A stretch of DNA of 59,100 bases from Candidatus Uhrbacteria bacterium RIFCSPLOWO2_01_FULL_47_17 (GTDB lineage Bacteria; Patescibacteriota; Patescibacteriia; UBA9934; GWF2-40-263): positions 1-59,100 of the forward strand of contig MGEI01000004.1 in NCBI GenBank assembly GCA_001791305.1, written 5' to 3'. This document shows positions 7,921-15,829 of this stretch, piece by piece. The notes under the pieces were generated by a model. It searched no databases. It saw only the letters and a list, made by a program, of their open reading frames with translations, and was not told the origin of the DNA. Position numbers and translations under genes: made by a program. Each line of letters opens with the position of its first letter. Positions within the stretch are counted from its first letter, which is position 1.

Positions 7921-8811
7921 TTAGGCGTAAGCGTCCATGAGTTGTTTGCCAAGTGTTTTCAAGTAATCTCGGCCGAACGGTCCGTTTTCGAGCTGGTCGA
8001 AGAGGACTTGTGGGAGATCATTCGGCATGCGGCAGGAGGCGATGCCAAGCGCGATCGCGGCGACCGAGTCTGTGTCGCCACCGAATTGGATGGCGCCGCG
8101 AAGGACTTCGGAGAGGGTCGAGCAGTGCGTGAGAAGATCGAAAACGGCGTGAATTGTGTTGGTCGCTGGATTTTTTACCGGACCGCGCCAACGTTTGTGG
8201 ATTTGCATGCGATGCAACAGCGTTGAGTGTGGCAAATGGATTTCAAGGAAATCCTGCAAACGATCAAACGGATCGTCTCGGTAAAGAGCGAAGTGACTCA
8301 TGAGAGCCACGGCTTGTGCACTGAAAATTCCGATGGGTGTGTCGTGCGTTGTCTCAGCTTGCGTTTTTGCAATCGAGAGAACTGTGTCGATCGATGGCAG
8401 AACGCCGATCGGAACCGCGCGCATGCACGCACCGTTTTTGATAGAGTCCGGACGAATATCGCGCATAAACGCGATTCCGGTTTTGTGCGATTCGAGGAAC
8501 GCTTGAAATCCGCGAGCATAGCCATCACGTGGATCACGATGAAACACGCGTGTGAATGCGTCTGCAAAATCAAGGGGTGTGGGCATGCGTCCAGGAATCA
8601 GGACTTCCGCCACCGCAATCGACATCTGTGTGTCGTCTGTGTACATCCCGGGTTTGAGATCGAGATGTGTTGGATGCTGATAGTACCCGTCGAGGCGCAA
8701 CGCGCTCTCGATCAATTTCGGATGTTCGTGCGGTTTCACATATTCCGTTGCGGCCGCAACCGCGTCACCAATCGCAATGAACAGCAGTATGTCGTCGTTT
8801 CTGCGCAACAT
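7921..8811 (-). CDS. ADP-ribosylglycohydrolase family protein
   Basis: GDAVAAATE, YTDDTQM and GGDTDSVAAIALGIA motifs. SD GGAGAA upstream. Confidence 0.8.
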   Translation of the reverse strand: MLRRNDDILLFIAIGDAVAAATEYVKPHEHPKLIESALRLDGYYQHPTHLDLKPGMYTDDTQMSIAVAEVLIPGRMPTPLDFADAFTRVFHRDPRDGYARGFQAFLESHKTGIAFMRDIRPDSIKNGACMRAVPIGVLPSIDTVLSIAKTQAETTHDTPIGIFSAQAVALMSHFALYRDDPFDRLQDFLEIHLPHSTLLHRMQIHKRWRGPVKNPATNTIHAVFDLLTHCSTLSEVLRGAIQFGGDTDSVAAIALGIASCRMPNDLPQVLFDQLENGPFGRDYLKTLGKQLMDAYA

Positions 8812-8944
8812 TGTTTCTCCAAATCCTCAATCTTGAGGATCGTGCATCATACGGTTTTCTGCCCAGATCGTCAAGGAATCCTTGACGTTTTCGTATTCTC
8901 GTGCTAAAAACATCCGTTGTCGTTTCTTGGCAACGGAGGTACAG

Positions 8945-9247
8945 ATGCGTTCTTTGATCATCTGTTTGCTTCTCAGTCTTTTGCTCGTTGCGTGTCGTGA
9001 TCGCACGGAGTCTTTGTCGAGTTGTCCGGAAGGAATGACTCAGGTGATTCCGAATGTGTGTGATGATGAGATTGACACTGTGTACATCAATATCTTTGAA
9101 ATGCACGGTCGGGATTTGGATAATGCTCTCTGGCTTAAGCGAGAGTGGCAAAAGAAGTTTCCGAAGAAACACGTCATTTCATTTTCCTATTCGAACGCGC
9201 ATCAAACGATGATGCTCATTGTGTATGAACAACGTGTCGCTCGATAG
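8945..9247 (+). CDS. small lipoprotein, hypothetical (paralog 1)
   Basis: GGAGG SD. Signal MRSLIICLLLSLLLVAC lipobox. Shares C..G.T.V...CDD and W..KFP.K blocks with the next gene. Confidence 0.6.
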   Translation: MRSLIICLLLSLLLVACRDRTESLSSCPEGMTQVIPNVCDDEIDTVYINIFEMHGRDLDNALWLKREWQKKFPKKHVISFSYSNAHQTMMLIVYEQRVAR

Positions 9248-9262
9248 CGATAGGAGGTTAAC

Positions 9263-9577
9263 ATGTTGCGTTTCATTCTATTGACCATTGGGTGCGTGAC
9301 GCTTCTCGGGTGTGAATTGAAACCTGAACAGATATCTTGTGTATCTGGATCAACAGAAGTTTTGTCTGGACTCTGTGATGACGGAAACGGAATTGCTTAT
9401 TTCAGTTATGGGAACGAGACAATCTCCTCGGACGAAAGTCTGCAGAAACTCATCCGTTATCGTCGCGCTTGGACCGACAAGTTTCCGAACAAGGAAATCT
9501 TTGCTGTGAATATGACATCGTATTCAAGAGCTCGCGATGTCTGCATCATCTGGTATAAGTTTCGCGAAGCGCGTTGA
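9263..9577 (+). CDS. small lipoprotein, hypothetical (paralog 2)
   Basis: AGGAGG SD. Signal MLRFILLTIGCVTLLGC lipobox. Paralogous to 8945..9247. Confidence 0.6.
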   Translation: MLRFILLTIGCVTLLGCELKPEQISCVSGSTEVLSGLCDDGNGIAYFSYGNETISSDESLQKLIRYRRAWTDKFPNKEIFAVNMTSYSRARDVCIIWYKFREAR

Positions 9578-9660
9578 CATCCGATCTGCAATCTCCAAAA
9601 GAGATTGTTTTTTGTTTGATTGAATCAAAACATTGATATACTGTGCACGTCCGATCAAAC

Positions 9661-9693
9661 GCATGGGTACCCACGAGGGGCATCCCTACGAAT
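9661..9693 (+). repeat. GC-hairpin-CTAC element, GGGTACCC type, copy 2
   Basis: ATGGGTACCC-ACGAG-GGGCATCC-CTACGAAT, directly abutting the queA ATG (9694). Confidence 0.7.
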
Positions 9694-10803
9694 ATGTCTA
9701 CACACATTTCCCAATTTGATTACACTTTTCCAAAAGAATTGATTGCCCAACATTCGGTTGAACCGCGTGATTTCTCGAGGCTGATGTTGCTCGATCGAAC
9801 AACTGGCGAGATTGAGCACAAGCATTTTTACGATATTCTCGATGAGCTCGTTTTGGGTGATGTTTTGGTTTTTAATGATACGAAAGTTTTTCGGGCGCGG
9901 ATGATTATAGGCGGGGTGCCCTCACCCCGCTCCCCGCAAGAAATTTTTTTATTGCGATGCGTATCTTCGGTGGGGTCTGCTGACCCCACTCATAACACGG
10001 GTTCGATCTGGCAAGCGTTATTGCGTCCCGGTAAGAAAATTTCTGTTGGCGATATGATCACGATCGGAAACGTAGGGGACGGTCGCGACCGCCCCCTACA
10101 AATCATTGTGCGTGAAAAACATGAAGACGGCGTCGCACTTCTTGAATTTCCTCTCGACGAAGCCGGTGTTCTTGCGTTTACCGATTCGCACGGCTCGATC
10201 CCGGTTCCGCCTTACGTTGACGAGGTTCCTGACGACGCAAACAAATATCAAACCGTTTACGCGCGCGAAGTTGGATCGGTTGCGGCACCGACGGCGGGGT
10301 TTCATTTTACGCGAGAGCTTCTCGAAAAAATAAAAGCGAAAGGCGTCGAAATCGCATTCGTCACACTTCATGTTGGCATTGGAACATTTCGTCCGGTTCA
10401 GACAGAGACAATCGAAGAGCACGCGATGCATGCAGAGTTTGTGCAAATTTCGCCGATGACGGCGCGTGTCATTAATGCAGCAAAGAACGAAGGAAGACGC
10501 GTGATTGCGGTGGGGACAACGACTGTGAGGAGTCTCGAGGGAGCCGCGATGTTGTCTGGTGGAAAACTTCTCGAAGAATTTTCGGGCGATGTAAACATGT
10601 TCATTAAGCCTGGGTTTGAATTTAATGTTATCGACGCACTCATCACGAATTTTCATTTACCAAAGTCTACACTTCTCGTTTTAGTTTCCGCGCTTGCAGG
10701 TCGAGAGAATATTTTGTGTGCGTATGAAGAAGCGGTGCACGAGAAGTATCGATTCTTTTCGTTTGGGGACGCGATGTTTATTCGGAAGGGCGGAAAGGGC
10801 TGA
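9694..10803 (+). CDS. queA: S-adenosylmethionine:tRNA ribosyltransferase-isomerase
   Basis: FDYTFPKELIAQ, PPYV, YQTVYA..GSVAAPTAGFHFT, VGTTTVRSLE and NFHLPKSTLLVLVSA blocks. Confidence 0.9.
   Translation: MSTHISQFDYTFPKELIAQHSVEPRDFSRLMLLDRTTGEIEHKHFYDILDELVLGDVLVFNDTKVFRARMIIGGVPSPRSPQEIFLLRCVSSVGSADPTHNTGSIWQALLRPGKKISVGDMITIGNVGDGRDRPLQIIVREKHEDGVALLEFPLDEAGVLAFTDSHGSIPVPPYVDEVPDDANKYQTVYAREVGSVAAPTAGFHFTRELLEKIKAKGVEIAFVTLHVGIGTFRPVQTETIEEHAMHAEFVQISPMTARVINAAKNEGRRVIAVGTTTVRSLEGAAMLSGGKLLEEFSGDVNMFIKPGFEFNVIDALITNFHLPKSTLLVLVSALAGRENILCAYEEAVHEKYRFFSFGDAMFIRKGGKG
9911..9930 (+). repeat. perfect GC hairpin embedded in frame in queA
   Basis: GCGGGGTG-ccct-CACCCCGC. Encodes GGVPSPR. Confidence 0.65.
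9970..9989 (+). repeat. perfect GC hairpin embedded in frame in queA
   Basis: GTGGGGTC-tgct-GACCCCAC. Encodes VGSADPT. Confidence 0.65.
10082..10109 (+). repeat. GC palindrome with GTAG/CTAC ends embedded in frame in queA
   Basis: GTAGGGGACGGTCGCGACCGCCCCCTAC. Encodes VGDGRDRPL. Confidence 0.65.
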
Positions 10804-10816
10804 GAGGGCGGAAATG
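10791..10816 (+). repeat. CGGAAAGGGCTGAGAGGGCGGAAATG repeat copy overlapping the queA stop
   Basis: 25/26 identical to 7818-7843. Encodes the queA C-terminal KGGKG. Confidence 0.7.
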
Positions 10817-10847
10817 GCGACAAAGAAAAAACAGAACACAAGTTCTG

Positions 10848-11423
10848 TTAGGGTTGCGACGGATCAGGAAAATCGATTGCGGCGCGATGAAGCGTGTGTG
10901 GTTTTGCATCTGATGACTCGGTCTTCATTTCATCGCGTTTGATTTTGTCGATCAGCGCTTCATTCTCAAGACGGACAATGAATCCATTTTCGAGTTTGAC
11001 ATCATATGTCGTGTGATGCGGACGTACCTTTTTTTCACATGCGACGCCGCACATGATAAGCATCGCGGCCATCACTTCAAGCGTGACTTTGGTCGGATAG
11101 ATTTCGATATGATCGAATCCGCTCATCTGACTTCCGTCCGGCTTCTGATCGGAAAGTTCAAGGACCCAGATGTCTCCAAGAAGTGTCGGGATCGCGCGCG
11201 GAAGTTTGACGATTGCGATGCGACGTTCTGAAATTATCGATTGATAAACGAACGCGCTTTCGCATTCAAGCAGTGCACGCATCGATTCGAACTCTGTTGA
11301 ATCACTACATTTGAAACAGATGTGATCCGCATGGGCGGCGTTGCGCAGTTTTGAAACCCATGTATTGAACACATCGACAAACGGTTGTGCGGCTTCGTAG
11401 AATGCGTTGATGGTTTGAAACAT
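10848..11423 (-). CDS. YecM-like VOC-superfamily protein
   Basis: ADHICFKC, RRIAIVKL and GFDHIEIY blocks resemble E. coli YecM. GGAGAA SD before the ATG at 11423. Confidence 0.55.
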   Translation of the reverse strand: MFQTINAFYEAAQPFVDVFNTWVSKLRNAAHADHICFKCSDSTEFESMRALLECESAFVYQSIISERRIAIVKLPRAIPTLLGDIWVLELSDQKPDGSQMSGFDHIEIYPTKVTLEVMAAMLIMCGVACEKKVRPHHTTYDVKLENGFIVRLENEALIDKIKRDEMKTESSDAKPHTLHRAAIDFPDPSQP

Positions 11424-11528
11424 AGAATTTTCTCCAGGGTATTGAATCCTGGAGGATTGTAACATGAATTGTTTGATTGTCTATTTTTTTTATCAGTGCT
11501 ACACTTTAGGCACACTTAAATTGATTTT

Positions 11529-11750
11529 ATGCCTACCGCGAAATATCGTATCCATGTCAGTGTTCCAAGAGATGTTGAGATGGCGCTTCAGCGTCTCGCA
11601 AAACGCGATGACGTTCCTTGTGCATCCAAGGCTCTTGAATTGATCAAGGCGGCTTTGGAACTAGAAGAAGATCAGGTTTGGAATCGTCTTGCCATCAAGC
11701 GGGACACGAAAAAGGCCAAATTTGTTTCTCACGAAAAGGTATGGGGATAG
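11529..11750 (+). CDS. ribbon-helix-helix type II antitoxin (RelB/ParD-like)
   Basis: 73-aa ORF overlapping the start of a RelE-family toxin gene. N-terminal beta-strand/helix pattern. Confidence 0.6.
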   Translation: MPTAKYRIHVSVPRDVEMALQRLAKRDDVPCASKALELIKAALELEEDQVWNRLAIKRDTKKAKFVSHEKVWG

Positions 11751-12028
11751 ATTTTATTCTTCAGTATCATGAGTTTGTTCTGAAAGAAGATGTCGTGAAG
11801 TTATCTGCATCAAATAAAAAACAGATCAAGCGCGCCATCGAGGAAAAACTCACGACACATCCGGAGCTCTATGGAAAACCCCTGCGTCAGTCCTTAAAAG
11901 GATATCGTAAATTACGCGTTGGGGATTATCGCGTGATTTTTCGTATTGAGAAACAAACGGTTAAAATATTGATGATTGGGCACAGGTCACGAGTGTATCA
12001 ATCGATTTATATGAGAATCGAACCGTGA
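11741..12028 (+). CDS. RelE/ParE-family type II toxin
   Basis: KKQIKRAIEEKL..P..YGKPLR..LKGYRKLRVGDYRVIFRIE...V.IL.IGHR is the classic RelE/StbE signature. Overlaps the antitoxin stop. Confidence 0.75.
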   Translation: MGIDFILQYHEFVLKEDVVKLSASNKKQIKRAIEEKLTTHPELYGKPLRQSLKGYRKLRVGDYRVIFRIEKQTVKILMIGHRSRVYQSIYMRIEP

Positions 12029-12110
12029 ATAAATTAGTATGCAAGATTCACGCCACCCGATCGAGACGATTGGTGCGATGGTTGTTTATCTTTTGCGGAA
12101 ATAATTTTGT

Positions 12111-13013
12111 ATGAACATCGCCATCATCACCGGCGGAGAAACAGGCGAGCGCAATGTTTCGATTGCGTCCGCAAAGAATGTCGCAAGCGCGTTATCCTCC
12201 CCCGAGCGCGGGGGAGGCATGGTGGGGGCAGTCGTCTCGACATTTGTGTTTCCAGAAGAGCGAGCGAGATTTATCGAGAACGCCTTGAAGTTTGATCTTG
12301 TGATCCCCATGATTCACGGAAAAGGAGCGGAAGACGGCTCGGTTCAGCAGCTTTGCGAATCACTCGGTCTCCCGTTTATATTTTCGCCGATCGAAGCACA
12401 CAAGATTGGGATTGATAAAGTATTGTCAAAAGAATTTGTTGTGCGCGCAGGAATCAAAACAGCAAAACGGTTTTCGAGAACGAACGCGATTTTTCCCGTA
12501 TTCGTAAAGCCGCGTTTCGGCGGATCGTCTGTGCATACAGCGCGCGTCGAGTCGAGTGAGGAACTCGAAGCGTTTCTCGAAAACACAACCGAAGAGATGA
12601 TGATCGAAGAATCTGTGAGTGGTCGAGAGTTTACGGTTGGAGTTATTGAACAAAATTCAGGAGATCCAGAAGCGTTGCCTGTGATTGAGATTGTGTTGAA
12701 GAATAAGTTCTTCGATTACGAAAGCAAGTACGACGCGGATCATCTCGCAAGCGAGATTTGTCCAGTGCGAATCGACCGCATACTCTCGAAGCAGCTCCAA
12801 GACGCCGCGGTCGCGGCACACACGCTCATCGGCGCGTCACATATTTCACGATCAGATTTTATTGTGACCGATGCAGGCGAAATCTATTTTCTCGAGATCA
12901 ATACGATTCCCGGCCTCACGAACACATCGCTCATCCCAAAAATGCTCAATCAGGCGAATATCTCATTTCCTGGGCTTTTGGAGCGATGGTGCCGAAATAC
13001 CCAGATTTCTTGA
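12111..13013 (+). CDS. ddl: D-alanine--D-alanine ligase
   Basis: GG.S.ER.VS N-terminus, ATP-grasp blocks and C-terminal EINTIPGLT. Confidence 0.9.
   Translation: MNIAIITGGETGERNVSIASAKNVASALSSPERGGGMVGAVVSTFVFPEERARFIENALKFDLVIPMIHGKGAEDGSVQQLCESLGLPFIFSPIEAHKIGIDKVLSKEFVVRAGIKTAKRFSRTNAIFPVFVKPRFGGSSVHTARVESSEELEAFLENTTEEMMIEESVSGREFTVGVIEQNSGDPEALPVIEIVLKNKFFDYESKYDADHLASEICPVRIDRILSKQLQDAAVAAHTLIGASHISRSDFIVTDAGEIYFLEINTIPGLTNTSLIPKMLNQANISFPGLLERWCRNTQIS
12196..12217 (+). repeat. perfect CCTCCCCC/GGGGGAGG hairpin embedded in frame in ddl
   Basis: CCTCCCCCG-agcg-CGGGGGAGG. Encodes SSPERGGG. Confidence 0.65.
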
Positions 13014-13038
13014 CGCATTCCCTGATTTTCCTTATACT
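13010..13038 (+). promoter_or_regulatory. sigma70-like promoter for rpsB-tsf
   Basis: TTGACG (13010-13015, overlapping the ddl stop), 17-nt spacer, TATACT (13033-13038). Implies a leader of about 225 nt. Confidence 0.55.
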
Positions 13039-13269
13039 CCCGACATAATTTATAACATCAGATGGGTTAAACATTTACGGATCCTCCCCCGAGATTGGCT
13101 CGCGGGCCCATGATTGTCCATCGACGAACAAAAGGAGACTATTTAAAAATTGGCGATCTGCTCGTGCTTCGGGAAAAAGACGCTTCGTCGTATGTGAATA
13201 CGCCTTCAGCGGCTTTTTCCCTCCAACACTTCGCATCTCATCCAATTTTTGAAATAGTCACACAAAAAT

Positions 13270-14049
13270 ATGCCAAAATTACCGAATTTGGTTGAAATGC
13301 TTCAAGCGGGAATGCATTACGGCCACGGTGCCTCACACTGGCACCCAAAAATGGGACCATTTATTTACGCGGAAAAGAGTGGAATTCACATTATTGATCT
13401 TGAGAAAACACAAGCTCAATTGGAGAGTGCACTCAATACATTGAAGGAGATTGCGTCTCGCGGTGGAGTGATTTTGTTTGTTGGAACGAAAGTTCAAGCA
13501 AAAGGAATCGTTCAAAAGTACGCAGAAGCTTGCGGAATGCCATACGTCACAGAACGTTGGCTTGGTGGAACGCTCACAAACTTTCAACAGTTGAAAGAAA
13601 CCTTGAAGCGTTTGAAAATGTTGAAGGACCAACGTGAGAAAGGTGAATTGAAAAAGTATACGAAGAAAGAACAATTACTTCTTAACCGTGAGATTGACGA
13701 AATGGAAGTGAAAATTGGAGGAATCCAACACATCACAAAAGTTCCAGACGCGATTTTCGTGATCGATGTCCGTAATGAAAAGACCGCTGTACAAGAAGCA
13801 CAAGTCACACATACAAAAGTCATTGCGCTTTGTGACACAAACGTAAATCCAAAAGGAGTCGACGCAATCATTCCAGGAAATGATGACGCGGTTAAATCCA
13901 TCGAACTTGTTTGTAAGCTTGCGTGTGAAGCGGTGAAAGAAGGAAAAGCAAACATGGCAAAAATGGTTGCAGATAAGGTTGCAGCAGATACAAAAGCGGT
14001 GGCAGATAAGGTTGTTGTGGAAGATGTTGTGACGGAATCGGTTGCATAA
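13270..14049 (+). CDS. rpsB: 30S ribosomal protein S2
   Basis: MLQAGMHYGH....WHPKM..FIY and later S2 blocks. Confidence 0.95.
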   Translation: MPKLPNLVEMLQAGMHYGHGASHWHPKMGPFIYAEKSGIHIIDLEKTQAQLESALNTLKEIASRGGVILFVGTKVQAKGIVQKYAEACGMPYVTERWLGGTLTNFQQLKETLKRLKMLKDQREKGELKKYTKKEQLLLNREIDEMEVKIGGIQHITKVPDAIFVIDVRNEKTAVQEAQVTHTKVIALCDTNVNPKGVDAIIPGNDDAVKSIELVCKLACEAVKEGKANMAKMVADKVAADTKAVADKVVVEDVVTESVA

Positions 14050-14068
14050 GCATGTATACATAAATCGT

Positions 14069-14092
14069 GCAGGGTCTGGGGACCCTGCCTAT
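14069..14092 (+). repeat. GC hairpin plus CTAT tail upstream of tsf
   Basis: GCAGGGTC-tggg-GACCCTGC-CTAT. The tsf ATG is 10 nt further on. Confidence 0.6.
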
Positions 14093-14101
14093 AACCAACT
14101 T

Positions 14102-14689
14102 ATGTCCATTACAGCCAGCCAAGTTGCCGAGCTTCGTGAAAAAACCGGAGCCGGACTCATGGATGCAAAGCGTGCTTTGGAAGAAACAGGGGGAGATATG
14201 GAAAAAGCCGCAGAGGATCTTCGCAAAAAAGGAATTGCAAAAGCGGGAAAGAAATCTGAACGCGAAACACACGAAGGTCGTGTGCACGCGTACATTCACT
14301 CGAATGCAAAGCTCGGTGCGATGGTTCAAGTGCTCTGTGAAACAGATTTCGTTGCGCGTACAGATGCGTTTATCGACATGTGCAATGATCTTGCTATTCA
14401 CATAAGCGCGATGGATCCAATGTATCTCACGCGCTCGGACGTTCCCGCAGAAGTTGTCATGAAGGAACAAGAGCTGACACGTGGAGAGCTTGCCGCTCAA
14501 AACAAACCGGCCGACGTCATTGAAAAGATTATGGAAGGAAAGATGAACAAGTTTTTTGGAGAAAACGTTCTCATGGAACAAGCGTTTATCAAAGATGACT
14601 CAAAGACGGTAGAAGAATTTTTGAAAGAAAAGATGTCTGTCCTTGGAGAGAATATGCAAATCAAGCGATTTAGCAGATTCAGCTTTTAG
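14102..14689 (+). CDS. tsf: elongation factor Ts (short form)
   Basis: VAELREKTGAGLMDAKRALEETGGDMEKA UBA-like N-terminus and CETDFVA block. Confidence 0.9.
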   Translation: MSITASQVAELREKTGAGLMDAKRALEETGGDMEKAAEDLRKKGIAKAGKKSERETHEGRVHAYIHSNAKLGAMVQVLCETDFVARTDAFIDMCNDLAIHISAMDPMYLTRSDVPAEVVMKEQELTRGELAAQNKPADVIEKIMEGKMNKFFGENVLMEQAFIKDDSKTVEEFLKEKMSVLGENMQIKRFSRFSF

Positions 14690-14697
14690 GAAAAGAA

Positions 14698-14727
14698 ACC
14701 GGATTACCACAAGGGATCCGGTTTTTG
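14698..14727 (+). terminator. intrinsic terminator after tsf
   Basis: ACCGGAT-11 nt-ATCCGGT followed by T5. Confidence 0.65.
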
Positions 14728-14780
14728 ATTTTCCAAAAAAGTGTTAAACTAGGCCGTGAGTTATCCACATTTTACTTGCA

Positions 14781-14803
14781 CGCAGGCTGAAGCCTGCGGC
14801 TAC
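14781..14803 (+). repeat. GC hairpin plus GCTAC tail upstream of gap
   Basis: CGCAGGC-tgaa-GCCTGCG-GCTAC. The gap ATG is 12 nt further on. Confidence 0.6.
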
Positions 14804-14814
14804 CAACATCTCTT

Positions 14815-15825
14815 ATGCTTCGAGTCGCCATTAATGGTTTTGGTCGTATTGGTCGTGTCGCTCTTCGCGCGGCCTATGAACGAAAGGATCTTGAGATTGT
14901 CGCCATCAACGACTTAACGGAGCCGTCTATTCTTGTGCACTTATTGAAGTACGATTCCACGTTTCGTGTATGGGGTCATGATGTGAAGGCGGGGAAAGAT
15001 CATCTTGTGATCGACGGAGTGAAAATTCCGGTTCTTACAGCCATGGATCCCGCGACACTGCCGTGGAAAGATTTGAAGGTGGATGTTGTGATTGAATCAA
15101 CTGGACGTTTCACAAAAAAAGAAGATGCAGGAAAGCATATTACAGCTGGCGCAAAGCGTGTTGTGATCTCGGCGCCTTCTGAGGATGCGCCGACGTATCT
15201 TATGGGTGTGAACCACAAGCTTTGTAAAAAAACAGATACGGTTGTGAACAACGCATCGTGCACAACAAACTCGGCGGCTCCTGCTGTGCAGATTATGACT
15301 GAAACACTCGGTGTCAAAAAGGCGATGCTGACAACTGTACATTCCGTAACGGCAGAACAAAATCTTGTCGACGGTCTTCCGCCCGCTCGTCACCCAGATC
15401 TTCGTCGTGCGCGATCCGCTCTGATCAACATTGTTCCAACCTCGACCGGTGCGGCAAAGGCAACAACAGAGGTTGTGCCATCACTGAAAAACAAGTTTGA
15501 TGGAATCGCGATTCGCGTTCCGTCCATCGATGTTTCGCTGACAGATTTCACGTTCGTGGTTGGAAAGAAAACCAGCAAAGAAGAAGTGAATAAGATTTTT
15601 AAAGACGCGGCAAAGTCTCCTCGCTGGAAAGGGATTCTTGGAGTCACCGAAGATCCGCTTGTATCCACAGACTTTATTCAAACTCCTTTTGGATCGGTTA
15701 TTGATTTGCAAATGACACGCGTGGTTGATGGGGATCTCGTAAAAGTTCTCGCTTGGTACGACAACGAGTGGGGATACACGCAACGTTTGCTTGATCTGGT
15801 TCAATATGTTGGAAAATTAAAATAA
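14815..15825 (+). CDS. gap: glyceraldehyde-3-phosphate dehydrogenase
   Basis: INGFGRIGR, NASCTTN and WYDNEWGY motifs. Confidence 0.95.
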   Translation: MLRVAINGFGRIGRVALRAAYERKDLEIVAINDLTEPSILVHLLKYDSTFRVWGHDVKAGKDHLVIDGVKIPVLTAMDPATLPWKDLKVDVVIESTGRFTKKEDAGKHITAGAKRVVISAPSEDAPTYLMGVNHKLCKKTDTVVNNASCTTNSAAPAVQIMTETLGVKKAMLTTVHSVTAEQNLVDGLPPARHPDLRRARSALINIVPTSTGAAKATTEVVPSLKNKFDGIAIRVPSIDVSLTDFTFVVGKKTSKEEVNKIFKDAAKSPRWKGILGVTEDPLVSTDFIQTPFGSVIDLQMTRVVDGDLVKVLAWYDNEWGYTQRLLDLVQYVGKLK

Positions 15826-15829
15826 ACTT

